Part shown: piece by piece, positions 55,511 to 64,000 of the stretch
How the letters are laid out: each line of letters opens with the position of its first letter
Position numbering within the stretch: position 1 is the stretch's first letter
Assembly (NCBI GenBank): GCA_021849125.1
Contig: JAJZTG010000003.1
Span: 2,133 to 66,132, forward strand
Length of the DNA stretch: 64,000 bases
Direction of reading: 5' to 3'
Source: a bacterium
GTDB lineage: Bacteria > Patescibacteriota > Minisyncoccia > Phycocordibacterales > Phycocordibacteraceae
Translations under genes and position numbers: made by a program
Notes under the pieces: model-generated
Seen by the model: the letters and a program-made list of their open reading frames with translations, nothing else
Database searches by the model: none
What the model was told of the DNA's origin: nothing

Positions 55511-56632
55511 ATGAAATCCCTCCGGCTCCAGGCAACAAAACTCTCTCTAGGATTCCTCGTGCTTGCAGGTGCGTTTGTGGGTTTTGCCGGTGTCGCGGAT
55601 GCAGCGACGACGACCTGTACGAATCAATGCGTTGGCGGGTATGAGACGCAGTCGTACTCTTGCGTAACCGATTCCGGTACGGCTTGTTCCAGTACAAGCT
55701 TCTATTGGGGTGGCGGTTGCGGGTATGGGGCGGGGACGTACGGTCCTGGTTGCTATCCATATACCTGCTACGGTACCTGCACCCAGCAGGTCTGGAACAG
55801 CTGCCTCTCGACGACGCAGGTGTGTACGACCACCTATGCTTCTTGTTCTGGCTCGGGGACCCTGAGCTGGGGAGCGGGATGTTCTGCCACAGGCTCTTAT
55901 TCCGCGCCTAACGGCGGTTCAGCAACCGCGGATAATTCAGCCTCAGGATATACAGGCTCAATAACCTATTCTTGTTCGGATGGCGCTTGGGTCGGACCCA
56001 CGAGTTCTTCCTGTACCTCTTGCACCTCAACCGGTACTTTTGATTGCGCTCCAGTTGCCGGAACGTACGGAGTTCCAGTCGGTGCGACCGGTACAGGCAC
56101 CTATTCGTACAATAGCTGTACCGGAGCGATTACGTACACGGGAGGCTGCACTGTGCCGGTGAAAGCCCCGACGTCCGCGTCGGTATCGGCTTCGCCGAAT
56201 CCCGCCTATCTTACGGGTACGGTAGGCATATCGTGGAGCGGCAATAATGCTCCGACGAGCTACAACGTGACAGTGGGCGGTACAACCTACCCGGTCGGTG
56301 CGCTCACTTCCTGGTCGGGACTCGTGACCGATCTTATCTCTACGATAGGTACCTATCCGCTTGGCGTTCAGGCTTGCAATACGGCAGGATGTGCAAGCGG
56401 TTCCGGCTCGCTTACGGTAAGCGGTCCGAAGATCAACACCTTCTCTGCAAGTACCGCGACGCTTCCGAAGGGTGGGGGTACCGTGACTCTTACCTGGGAT
56501 AGTGCGGGTGCGAAGACCTGCACGGCATCAAATGCGCTCGGTTCCGGTAACTGGTCCGGTCCGGTTTCGATCTCGGGTACCATGACCGTCTCGACGACTG
56601 ATACCAATACTTACTATTTGACGTGCAACTAA
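55511..56632 (+). CDS. Secreted Cys/Gly/Thr-rich surface protein with Ig-like domains, the last one apparently incomplete
   Basis: Signal peptide, many Cys, TVTLTWDS..CTAS..W..TYYLTCN*. Confidence 0.75.
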   Translation: MKSLRLQATKLSLGFLVLAGAFVGFAGVADAATTTCTNQCVGGYETQSYSCVTDSGTACSSTSFYWGGGCGYGAGTYGPGCYPYTCYGTCTQQVWNSCLSTTQVCTTTYASCSGSGTLSWGAGCSATGSYSAPNGGSATADNSASGYTGSITYSCSDGAWVGPTSSSCTSCTSTGTFDCAPVAGTYGVPVGATGTGTYSYNSCTGAITYTGGCTVPVKAPTSASVSASPNPAYLTGTVGISWSGNNAPTSYNVTVGGTTYPVGALTSWSGLVTDLISTIGTYPLGVQACNTAGCASGSGSLTVSGPKINTFSASTATLPKGGGTVTLTWDSAGAKTCTASNALGSGNWSGPVSISGTMTVSTTDTNTYYLTCN

Positions 56633-57876
56633 ACAAACAAACATTCGTAAGCGTCGCAACGACAATACTTGCTGCCGGGGCATTTCTTGTGCCGCTTTCT
56701 GCAGGCGCACAACCTGCTGTACAACCTTTAGCAAGTGTTACGAACCTCCACATCATCGCGCAAGACTCACAGACACTCCAAATAGCTCTTGATGTTTCTG
56801 TGGGGGAAGGATCTACGCAGCAAGATCTTCAAGTCGGTCTCAAAGCCTTCGTGCAAGGCTCAAAGACCGCCGATACCGCTCTCGTTGAATCGACGGTCGA
56901 TGACTCGCTGTTCACTGTGTCGGCAAATAAGATTGTCCACCGGGATATCGCCTATGCTATCAGCGATCTTCCAGATGGGGATTACTATGTGCTTCCAGTC
57001 GTATATCGAAATGGCAACATAATCGCCGTTGGCAAACAGGTTCCTTTTACTGTTACCGGTTCGGAAAAGTCATTACTTATACTGCGCGATACCTGCATGC
57101 TCTTCACGAAGGATGGGTATGCGCACAGCCTGGGAGAAAATGTCCCGGTAGAAGCAGGGCAACCGCCACTGCTATCCTGTTCTGTCCGCAACATGTCTAA
57201 ATTGGCCGTCAGCGCTTTCCCTGTATTTTGGGCGCAGGAAGCTACATTTAACGGGAGGAATCTTGCGGTGGTCCAGCAAGACCTTCAGTACGTAAACTGG
57301 AATCCCGGAGAACAGAAAGCAGTACTTCTCAATACCCCACCGATAGGAGAATCGAAGCAATACGACACGTATGCCCTAACCGTGCATTTTTCCGGCCAGA
57401 AGGGAACTTCGGTTTCAGGGCCGATCCGTCTTTTGTATGGGATTAAAGGTGGGGAAGTCTCTGTCGCGCAGGCAGTTTTTGACAAGTCATCGTACATGAA
57501 AGGCGATACGATACGGGTGTCTGGAAATGTGCACGTAGATGGAGAAACGCCGCCAGAAGGAACATTTGCGGTTACTGCAGTTGTGCATAGTGCCGGAGAG
57601 ATCTGTGCTTCCTCGTCGTCTACCCCTCTTAAAGTAAGCAGACTATCCTCTCGGTTCAGCCTAACAGTTACAGCACAATCTGATTGTCAGAATCCCGAAG
57701 GTGCCGTGCTCATTACAGGGAACGGAAGAGTAACCGCGAGCGCGCCGATCAGTCTGACTGCGGGGTGGAGGAGTGACAGTTCGTTCACGGGTCGTATCTT
57801 GCTTGCGGCGGGGGTTGTCGCCGTTCTACTCCTCGTAGTATTTCGAAAGCGTATGATAATCAAGGAAAAAATATGA
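56623..57876 (+). CDS. Secreted multi-beta-sandwich protein with C-terminal TM anchor (paralog of 58907-60175)
   Basis: GTG start, signal peptide PLSAGAQ, KSSYMKGDTIRVS, C-terminal TM plus basic tail. Confidence 0.72.
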   Translation: MQLNKQTFVSVATTILAAGAFLVPLSAGAQPAVQPLASVTNLHIIAQDSQTLQIALDVSVGEGSTQQDLQVGLKAFVQGSKTADTALVESTVDDSLFTVSANKIVHRDIAYAISDLPDGDYYVLPVVYRNGNIIAVGKQVPFTVTGSEKSLLILRDTCMLFTKDGYAHSLGENVPVEAGQPPLLSCSVRNMSKLAVSAFPVFWAQEATFNGRNLAVVQQDLQYVNWNPGEQKAVLLNTPPIGESKQYDTYALTVHFSGQKGTSVSGPIRLLYGIKGGEVSVAQAVFDKSSYMKGDTIRVSGNVHVDGETPPEGTFAVTAVVHSAGEICASSSSTPLKVSRLSSRFSLTVTAQSDCQNPEGAVLITGNGRVTASAPISLTAGWRSDSSFTGRILLAAGVVAVLLLVVFRKRMIIKEKI

Positions 57877-58838
57877 AAACAACCCTTCAAACAGGACTCG
57901 CTCTCGTTCTTCTAGGAGTGTTCCTGGTATCAGCTCCTGCGGCGTATGCGGTTGCACCAGCGGCTACGCTTACGGGCCCAGATATTACCAGCCCTATTGC
58001 ACCTGGGACTCCGATCATCCTACTTGGTCAATGCACGAATACGACGAGTGCTTACCTTAGTAACTATGGAAGCCTTACGCTTACTTCCGGAGGAGGATTC
58101 AGCGCAGGTGTCGTCCCGCAGATTACGACGACTTACACGCTTACCTGTACCGGATCGGATGGGACAGCAACGGCAAGTTTTACAGTGCCGGTCGCAAGTT
58201 CTACATCCCAGCCGACCGCCGCAATGACTGTTCCGAGCGCACCGATTGATGCAAGTAATAGCGCGGTCTCCATATCTTGGCAGTGCACGAACTCGACAGC
58301 AGCTTTCATTACGAATGTCGGGGCAGTCTCTCTCTCGGGCCAACAGACTGTTGCGATAACTCCTCCTCAGACATTCACGCTCACCTGCACGGGTTCGGGG
58401 GGGACTGCCACGGCAAGCGGGACAGTGTACCCATGGCCGACGAGTTCCTCGGGAGTGACGAATCCGTCTATCGCGTTTGACGTGTCGCCCTCGACCATAA
58501 GTCCTGGGCAAAGTATTTCGGTCACGTGGGCCTGCTCCAATGCAACGAGCGCTTTGGTGAATGGTTCGGGGCTCGGTAGCGGCTGGACAAGTCTGAACGG
58601 GTCCACGACTGTACAACCGACAGTTTCGGTCGGAGATGTCCTTTTCTACCATGCTGGCTGCTACGCAACGAATCCGCAGACAGGAGGGACACTTTCGGCG
58701 CTTGATAATCGGTATGTGTACGTTGTCGCTCCCACGGTAACACCTCCGCCGAGTACACCAGGGTCGGTCACCTCCTCGATCACCGTCACGGTCTCGAAGC
58801 AGAAGCCCGGCATCAACCTCTACTTCACCTCGCCATAG
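57873..58838 (+). CDS. Secreted protein with three small Ig-like repeats and a conserved C-terminal peptide
   Basis: Signal peptide, W.CTN/TYTLTCTG repeats, ends VTSSITVTVSKQKPGINLYFTSP. Confidence 0.78.
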   Translation: MKTTLQTGLALVLLGVFLVSAPAAYAVAPAATLTGPDITSPIAPGTPIILLGQCTNTTSAYLSNYGSLTLTSGGGFSAGVVPQITTTYTLTCTGSDGTATASFTVPVASSTSQPTAAMTVPSAPIDASNSAVSISWQCTNSTAAFITNVGAVSLSGQQTVAITPPQTFTLTCTGSGGTATASGTVYPWPTSSSGVTNPSIAFDVSPSTISPGQSISVTWACSNATSALVNGSGLGSGWTSLNGSTTVQPTVSVGDVLFYHAGCYATNPQTGGTLSALDNRYVYVVAPTVTPPPSTPGSVTSSITVTVSKQKPGINLYFTSP

Positions 58839-58906
58839 GGAACAATTCGCGCTTTTGTTGATAATCGTTTCGGGAGTTTTTTAAAATCGGAGTATACTTC
58901 AGGTAT

Positions 58907-60175
58907 ATGAAATCCCGGCTCCTCATAACTTTCATTCTCGCCCTCTTACCGCTTTCGGCAGGGGCGCAGACGGCACAAGTCATCGCGGACGTTTCGCTGC
59001 AAGACTGTTCGTACACGCAAACGGGCGGACAGTTCGGCGTAAGCTGCTCGATAACCAACCGCTTTAAGGATCAGGGCGATATTCGCTATGCGGTTGAGCT
59101 CTTGAAGCGTACGGCGAGTTCGACAGTCGAAGTGGCGGACATGAAGGTTTATGATCCCGTCCTCTCACTCCGAGCTGAAGAAACCGTTTCCATCAAAGCA
59201 GACTACACGGCACCCGCATTCTTCTCGGGGAAGTATGAGCTCTGGATCGTCTCGAAGACCTCAGACGGTCTTGGGCTTTCTTCGCAGCAGCTCGGTACTG
59301 TTTCGCTCAAAGCGACCGATGTTTCGTATCTGGAAGTGAAGGACTGTGTTTTGTATGTCGCAGGAGAACCGGCTGCAAAGACGTATGTGCTTGGTCAGGG
59401 CGTAGATATAAATCCGGACGAGATTCTTGAGGGTTCTTGCACGGTTACTGCGCATACGACACAGGATATGTCTGTAACGCCTTCCTTTGCCACGCATGCG
59501 CAGAGCGTTTTCGGTACAGTGGTGCCTGAAGCGAGCGGTGCGCAGCCGGCAATTTCTTTCAAGAGAGGGGAGACAAAGACGTACGCGTTTACGGTTCCGA
59601 AATCCGTGACGCCGCAGGCGTACGATGCTCTGCTTACTTTCAGAGCAGGCGATGCAGCGCTCTCAAGCCCGATCGATATCCGTTATATCGTGCGCGGTCC
59701 GAGCGCGGTCATTCAGAGTGTTCTTCTCGAAAAGAGCCGCTACGAACGGGGAGACACCGCCTACGTCTCACTTTTGTGGAGCGGCTCGACGATTCTCGGC
59801 GGTGGGGTGCGCAAAGGGCCGCTCGCCGACACGGTTGCAAAGGTCGCTCTGTCGCTGAGCGACGAAAACGGTACAGCGTGCGCGGATGACACGACCTTCA
59901 CCATCGCAGCGAACGCGCCGGAACGTCACCAACTCACCGCCTATCCACTCAAGGTGAACCGTTTCTGTCTGAGTCCTCGTGTGACCGTAAAGTTCCTCGA
60001 CGCCTCAGGAGCAACACTTACGGAAAAGACGATCGCATTCGAGGGCGAACGTCTTGCCGGCGATGCGTTCCGCGTATTCCTTAGTGCCTACGGATGGTAC
60101 ATCGTCGCTGGCCTCATCGTCATCCTTGCGCTTGTCGGGGGTATACTTAAGAATCGTAAGTCCATAGCGGTATGA
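58907..60175 (+). CDS. Secreted multi-beta-sandwich protein with C-terminal TM anchor (paralog of 56623-57876)
   Basis: Signal peptide PLSAGAQ, KSRYERGDTAYVS, C-terminal TM plus basic tail. Confidence 0.75.
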   Translation: MKSRLLITFILALLPLSAGAQTAQVIADVSLQDCSYTQTGGQFGVSCSITNRFKDQGDIRYAVELLKRTASSTVEVADMKVYDPVLSLRAEETVSIKADYTAPAFFSGKYELWIVSKTSDGLGLSSQQLGTVSLKATDVSYLEVKDCVLYVAGEPAAKTYVLGQGVDINPDEILEGSCTVTAHTTQDMSVTPSFATHAQSVFGTVVPEASGAQPAISFKRGETKTYAFTVPKSVTPQAYDALLTFRAGDAALSSPIDIRYIVRGPSAVIQSVLLEKSRYERGDTAYVSLLWSGSTILGGGVRKGPLADTVAKVALSLSDENGTACADDTTFTIAANAPERHQLTAYPLKVNRFCLSPRVTVKFLDASGATLTEKTIAFEGERLAGDAFRVFLSAYGWYIVAGLIVILALVGGILKNRKSIAV

Positions 60176-60975
60176 AATCAAAACTCTCTCTCCTCGTCGG
60201 GTTTCTAGTCTTCGTTTCGGCGGCTCCGCTAGCTCACGCAACAACTTTTTCGGTCCCGTATACGTACCAACTTGATTATCTGGGTACTGGAGTTCTGCAA
60301 ACGTACAATACGAGTTTCGTGTTCGAAGCAAGTCTCGATAAGCAGGTGTATACACCTGGTGAGCGTATCTGGACACGCACCAACGTGATTAGTACGGGGA
60401 GCCCAAAAACGGGACAGAATTGGACTCAGAATATTCCGCCCTATGTGTTCCAAGATCGGTGTGGTGATCTAAGTCAGTCAACATCTGTTGTTTATGATTC
60501 AGGGTATCCGCCATTTATCGCAGGAGTAAAGGCAACCAATGTCTCGATGATATACCCTCTGTGCTCTCAAGTACTTACGCTCGACCATGTCATGGGTGCT
60601 AGTTGGGAAGGATATTATCCGAGTCTGTGGTTGTATGCTGAATCGTACGCAACGACCAATAGTATCAAGCTTTTTGCTGGTCTTGGTCCAAGCTCTATTT
60701 CCATGACGGAAGTAGGTAGTCTTCCATACTGCGTTTCCACCACTGGTTCATGTCCAGGTAGTACCCAAGGATGCGCCACGACCAAGGGCCAGGCATGCAC
60801 CTCGGCTCCAAACGCCTGTGGGGAAAGTACGACCGGCACTATCGCTTGCGACGGCTCCTGTAGTGCCATAACACCTGCAAACACGTGTCCGAATCCTGGA
60901 GGAGTCACGTCTTCTGTTACGGTCACCGTCTCGAAGCAGAAGCCGGGTATCAATCTCTATTTCACTTCGCCGTAG
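60172..60975 (+). CDS. Secreted protein with Cys-rich region and a conserved C-terminal peptide
   Basis: Signal peptide, CTSAPNACG..CDGSCSA, ends VTSSVTVTVSKQKPGINLYFTSP. Confidence 0.75.
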   Translation: MKSKLSLLVGFLVFVSAAPLAHATTFSVPYTYQLDYLGTGVLQTYNTSFVFEASLDKQVYTPGERIWTRTNVISTGSPKTGQNWTQNIPPYVFQDRCGDLSQSTSVVYDSGYPPFIAGVKATNVSMIYPLCSQVLTLDHVMGASWEGYYPSLWLYAESYATTNSIKLFAGLGPSSISMTEVGSLPYCVSTTGSCPGSTQGCATTKGQACTSAPNACGESTTGTIACDGSCSAITPANTCPNPGGVTSSVTVTVSKQKPGINLYFTSP

Positions 60976-60997
60976 GTTTCCACAAGACAGGGAAGAG

Positions 60998-61058
60998 AAA
61001 CGAAAAGAACAAGGTCAGACCTTGTTCTTTTCGTTTTTGTGGAAGTCCGACTTTCACA
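60998..61058. repeat. Tandem pair of REP-like palindromes (one of each type)
   Basis: AAACGAAAAGAACAAGGTC-A-GACCTTGTTCTTTTCGTTT (60998-61036) and TGTGGAAGTC-C-GACTTTCACA (61038-61058). Confidence 0.82.
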
Positions 61059-61239
61059 TCTGAACGAAGAAAGCGTAACCCCGGAAGTCTTGGTTCTTGG
61101 GGAAAGGGGCTTGACAAAAATGCTACTATTGTAGTAGTATTTATCACAGGAAAGCGTGCAAATAGGCCCTAAAAGCCTTTGAGCGCGCGCCAAAAGTTCT
61201 CTGAAACCAACGCCCGAAGGGGCAGAAAGGGAGTTCATC

Positions 61240-62217
61240 ATGAACGCCAAAATCTTTGCCACCTTGGTGGCGATTGTCATGTCAATCGGCATCTTGCCCG
61301 CAAAGGCTGGTGTCGAGCTCAATCAAGTATCCACGGCGGGCATCTCTGTAAAGATCACTCCGCTTGCAAGCGAGAGTGGTACACAGAAGGTCTACATGGG
61401 TGCTTTCTTACCCGTTACGCCTGGTTCGGTGGATGGCAAGTGGTATCTGCGCGACACAGCTGGTAACTGGCTCTTCTATCAAGGGGGTCCGTTGCCGGTG
61501 GCGCTCAATATGCCTCTGCCTCCTCCATCGAACACCCCGTACTATGTAGCTTCGATTGCCGATATCGACATTTCGGCACTCGAAGGCTTGCAGGTGTGGG
61601 TCGCCTACGGCGCGTCGGAACAAGCCGCGCTTGCCGATGCCCAGCACGTGCAGAAGATCTATACCGTGCCGAGCAAGAAAGTCCTGCATTATACGGAAAA
61701 GGTGTATGCGCTATGGCCTGGGTACCCTGCTGCAGTGACTCAAAGCGGTGTAGCGAAGGTGACGAACCTTACGCCGTACACCACAGGCGCTCTCCCGCTC
61801 TTCAATTGCTGGATGGCTGAAAAGCCGCTTGCGGACGGCAAGGTGCTCGTCAATTGCCAGGACGCGGTGACGCTCAATCGCCACCTGTTGTACTTGGATC
61901 CGACCATCGATGCGCTCTATGAGTACGAAACGGCACCTCAAGTGTGGGATCCGACCGTCATCAACGGCAAGACCTGCGGCTGGTGCAGCATCGTCAATTA
62001 TCCGGCAGGCACGGTCTGGCAGGACTTTGGCAATCACAACCCCGCCAATCCCGCTTCTTGGGGTATGGAGGTGCGCGTGTCAGGCGGCTGGTACTTTACC
62101 AGCACCAATCGGCTGACCCTCAGCTTCCAACCCGACCAAGGTGGCGCAACAGTCATCAAGGCTGCGGATTATTCGACTGAGGGTACTTTCCACCTCCTGA
62201 TGACCTACTCGAACTGA
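61240..62217 (+). CDS. Secreted hypothetical protein
   Basis: Signal peptide, TTGACA at 61111, SD-like GAAAGGGAG, terminator downstream. Confidence 0.75.
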   Translation: MNAKIFATLVAIVMSIGILPAKAGVELNQVSTAGISVKITPLASESGTQKVYMGAFLPVTPGSVDGKWYLRDTAGNWLFYQGGPLPVALNMPLPPPSNTPYYVASIADIDISALEGLQVWVAYGASEQAALADAQHVQKIYTVPSKKVLHYTEKVYALWPGYPAAVTQSGVAKVTNLTPYTTGALPLFNCWMAEKPLADGKVLVNCQDAVTLNRHLLYLDPTIDALYEYETAPQVWDPTVINGKTCGWCSIVNYPAGTVWQDFGNHNPANPASWGMEVRVSGGWYFTSTNRLTLSFQPDQGGATVIKAADYSTEGTFHLLMTYSN

Positions 62218-62237
62218 GCTAGCGTCTGCGGTCGTAC

Positions 62238-62280
62238 AGAGCCTATCAACACTACGGTGTTCGATAGGCTCTTTTCTTTT
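62238..62280 (+). terminator. Intrinsic terminator
   Basis: AGAGCCTATC-AACAC-TACG-GTGTT-C-GATAGGCTCT followed by a T-rich run. Confidence 0.72.
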
Positions 62281-62304
62281 ACGCTTGGGTATATACTTGA
62301 ATAC

Positions 62305-63162
62305 ATGAATCTACGCACTATTTCCTTGAGCGTGCTCGCCCTGCTTTTTGTCGCTGGGATGTTTTCATACCACACGGATTCAGTTTCAGCAGGAGTATCG
62401 GTCACTGTGCCGCAAGGGAGTCCAGTGACGCTCCACTGGGTAATGACTGGCGGCGTAACTAGCTGTCAGGGCGATACCGACTACACCGATGCATCTATTG
62501 CGAATACATGGGTGTCTACTATCCATCGTGATGCCGATGTCCCATTTTCATTTACAGCAAATGAGGGGACCGGCACTTACCATTTTTCTTGTACAGACCC
62601 AATTACCGGAGGCACGAATGACGCGACAACACTCACCATCGTCGCGCCGTGTGGAGCAGGGACAGTCTGGAATGGTGCAACGTGCGTGCCTTCGGCACCG
62701 GCAGCCGGAACGCCTGGGGGAACACCATCAGCGGCGTGTACGCTCCCGTGGGGTGGCGTTATACAGAGCGGCGAGTCGGTTACGGCGTACCAGACCTCTT
62801 CGGTCGCTTCGCCAGCAACTTGCCAAGTACCCACAGCAGAGACGCGCACCTGTTTGAGCGGTGTCTTAAGCGGCAGCTATCAGTACCAGACCTGTACGGT
62901 GCAGGGTGGCCCTGCAACGGCATCCATAAGCGCTAGTCCGACCCGCGTCCGCTCTGGCGCCTCCTCGACCATCACCTGGAACGCCTCCGGCGTGACGAGC
63001 TGTACGGTCTCGGGACCGGGCCTCTCGGCAAGCACGAAAACCGGTTCGCAGCCAGTCACCATCACCCAGCAGTCGCTCTACACCCTCACGTGCCAGACGA
63101 GCGGCAACCCGGTCACCCAGACCGCGATCGTGAACGTCGTCCCGGGCTTCCAAGAATTCTAG
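62305..63162 (+). CDS. Secreted Ig-like/Cys-rich surface protein
   Basis: Signal peptide, CTLPWGG..SVTAYQ..C..ETRTC..G.LSGSY, ISASPTRVRSG..ITW..YTLTC, ends VVPGFQEF; TATACT 7 nt before ATG 62305. Confidence 0.78.
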   Translation: MNLRTISLSVLALLFVAGMFSYHTDSVSAGVSVTVPQGSPVTLHWVMTGGVTSCQGDTDYTDASIANTWVSTIHRDADVPFSFTANEGTGTYHFSCTDPITGGTNDATTLTIVAPCGAGTVWNGATCVPSAPAAGTPGGTPSAACTLPWGGVIQSGESVTAYQTSSVASPATCQVPTAETRTCLSGVLSGSYQYQTCTVQGGPATASISASPTRVRSGASSTITWNASGVTSCTVSGPGLSASTKTGSQPVTITQQSLYTLTCQTSGNPVTQTAIVNVVPGFQEF

Positions 63163-63260
63163 ACATACGAGGCTCTGCTCTCCTACACCAAAGAGTCGGA
63201 CGGGAGCGATTTCTTTAGCGTGCCACCTTCCCAGTGTTCTTAATCAAGAATGTGAGGAAT

Positions 63261-63298
63261 AAAAATGGAGCCACAGCAAGAGGCTGTCGAGGCTCCAT
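63261..63298 (-). terminator. Probable terminator of the minus-strand gene
   Basis: ATGGAGCC..ACAGC/GCTGT..GGCTCCAT stem with an A run at 63261-63265. Confidence 0.55.
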
Positions 63299-63314
63299 AG
63301 GATAAAAGATCTTC

Positions 63315-63815
63315 TTAGGCCGTCCGTGCGACCAGTTCCACGTAATCACAACGCACGCAGCTGATCGAGCTTGCTTTCAGCTTGCCTTGCTTTGCCAAAT
63401 GAACCCAGTGCTTGAGTTCTGGATGGAGAAGGTCGCCGTAAGTTGTCTGCAGAAGATCGATCGTGTATTCGATGCTGCCGCGCTTTTCTGCCTCTGCCGC
63501 CAGTTTAGAATCCAACGGGTTGTGATTGATGAATTTGCCGACGTGTTGGTTGCAAAAAGACGCGTAGTACTCGGTATTCAACACAAAGGCATGGAAAGCC
63601 CTGTCAACCGGACCGTGGAACATGACATAAGGTTTGTCATGTCGAGAGTGATTGGCGACAAGGAACCACTGCAGGAACGCCTCAACGAGTATCCTCGCCC
63701 GGGTTTCTGATTTGACCCAGCGCTCGCGCATCATGGTCATGATGATCGGCTGGAAGTCAGAGCTGTTCACTACCGTTTCCCACTTCTTCAGCGGGATGGA
63801 ATCAACGATATCCAT
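63315..63815 (-). CDS. Glycine-rich-domain-containing-protein-like (DUF1399-related) hypothetical protein
   Basis: VDRAFHAFVLNTEYYASFC..VGKFINHNP motif; AGGAGG SD upstream. Confidence 0.7.
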   Translation of the reverse strand: MDIVDSIPLKKWETVVNSSDFQPIIMTMMRERWVKSETRARILVEAFLQWFLVANHSRHDKPYVMFHGPVDRAFHAFVLNTEYYASFCNQHVGKFINHNPLDSKLAAEAEKRGSIEYTIDLLQTTYGDLLHPELKHWVHLAKQGKLKASSISCVRCDYVELVARTA

Positions 63816-63902
63816 TTGAACCTCCTAATCTAAAAGGTACAGCACATGCCCGCGGAATTGCGAACAGTCATATTAAATTATATTTTTTAAAAAACGACAA
63901 GC

Positions 63903-64000
63903 TTAATCGATTTCCTTGCTCATTTTCAGGTGAGTTGTTTCAAAACCTTCTTTCCTCCAGAAAAGAACCGCCTCAGCGTTCCTCAGGTCTACTTGCAGAC
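63903..64000 (-). CDS. 3' end of a probable GNAT acetyltransferase (runs off the window)
   Basis: LQVDLRNAEAVLFWRKEGFETTHLKMSKEID* matches the GNAT N..A..FW.K.GF motif. Confidence 0.6.
   Translation of the reverse strand, partial: LQVDLRNAEAVLFWRKEGFETTHLKMSKEID

Noticed and set aside
58767-60975. Shufflon or recent DNA duplication explaining the shared C-terminus
   Set aside because: The copies are direct, differ at 11 synonymous sites, and no invertase is present; conservation is at the protein level.
61140-61239. Known riboswitch in the leader of the 61240 gene
   Set aside because: Stems are possible, but I could not match the conserved core of any riboswitch class by eye.

Overview
Compact, gene-dense bacterial chromosome segment. 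I infer it comes from Patescibacteria/CPR (Parcubacteria-like), based on the gene set (VirD4/HerA-like ATPase, split transketolase, class I aldolase, many secreted Ig-like proteins) and on -10 boxes placed just upstream of start codons. Order of content: murD-murI-murC, an M15 peptidase, rsmI, a frameshifted GIY-YIG gene inside a 12-bp inverted repeat, a VirD4-like ATPase, a ~14.5-kb surface-glycan locus (five GT4s, four methyltransferases, deacetylase, acetyltransferase, acs, flippase), an O-antigen-ligase/TPR protein, murB, a 47-aa histone-H1-like gene missed by the ORF track, secA, obgE and gatB. Next come two membrane-tethered HTH proteins, one of them a 3235-aa fibre-like protein with two S74 autocleavage domains, then a NYN gene and a REP-associated tyrosine transposase (RAYT). 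The rest is a gap-rpiB-rpe-tkt-pfkB-fba cluster interrupted by a MITE-like hairpin and a toxin-antitoxin pair, rplY, a lytic transglycosylase and an island of secreted proteins. Best candidates for new biology: (1) a RAYT/palindrome array at the 3' end of the giant fibre gene that holds displaced copies of that gene's tail and last module; (2) HTH-TM-fibre proteins that could link DNA to a surface appendage; (3) paired secreted proteins sharing a 23-aa C-terminal peptide under purifying selection, next to a protein lacking its last beta-strand. No rRNA, tRNA or CRISPR array was recognised. All product calls come from motif recognition by eye, not from database searches.
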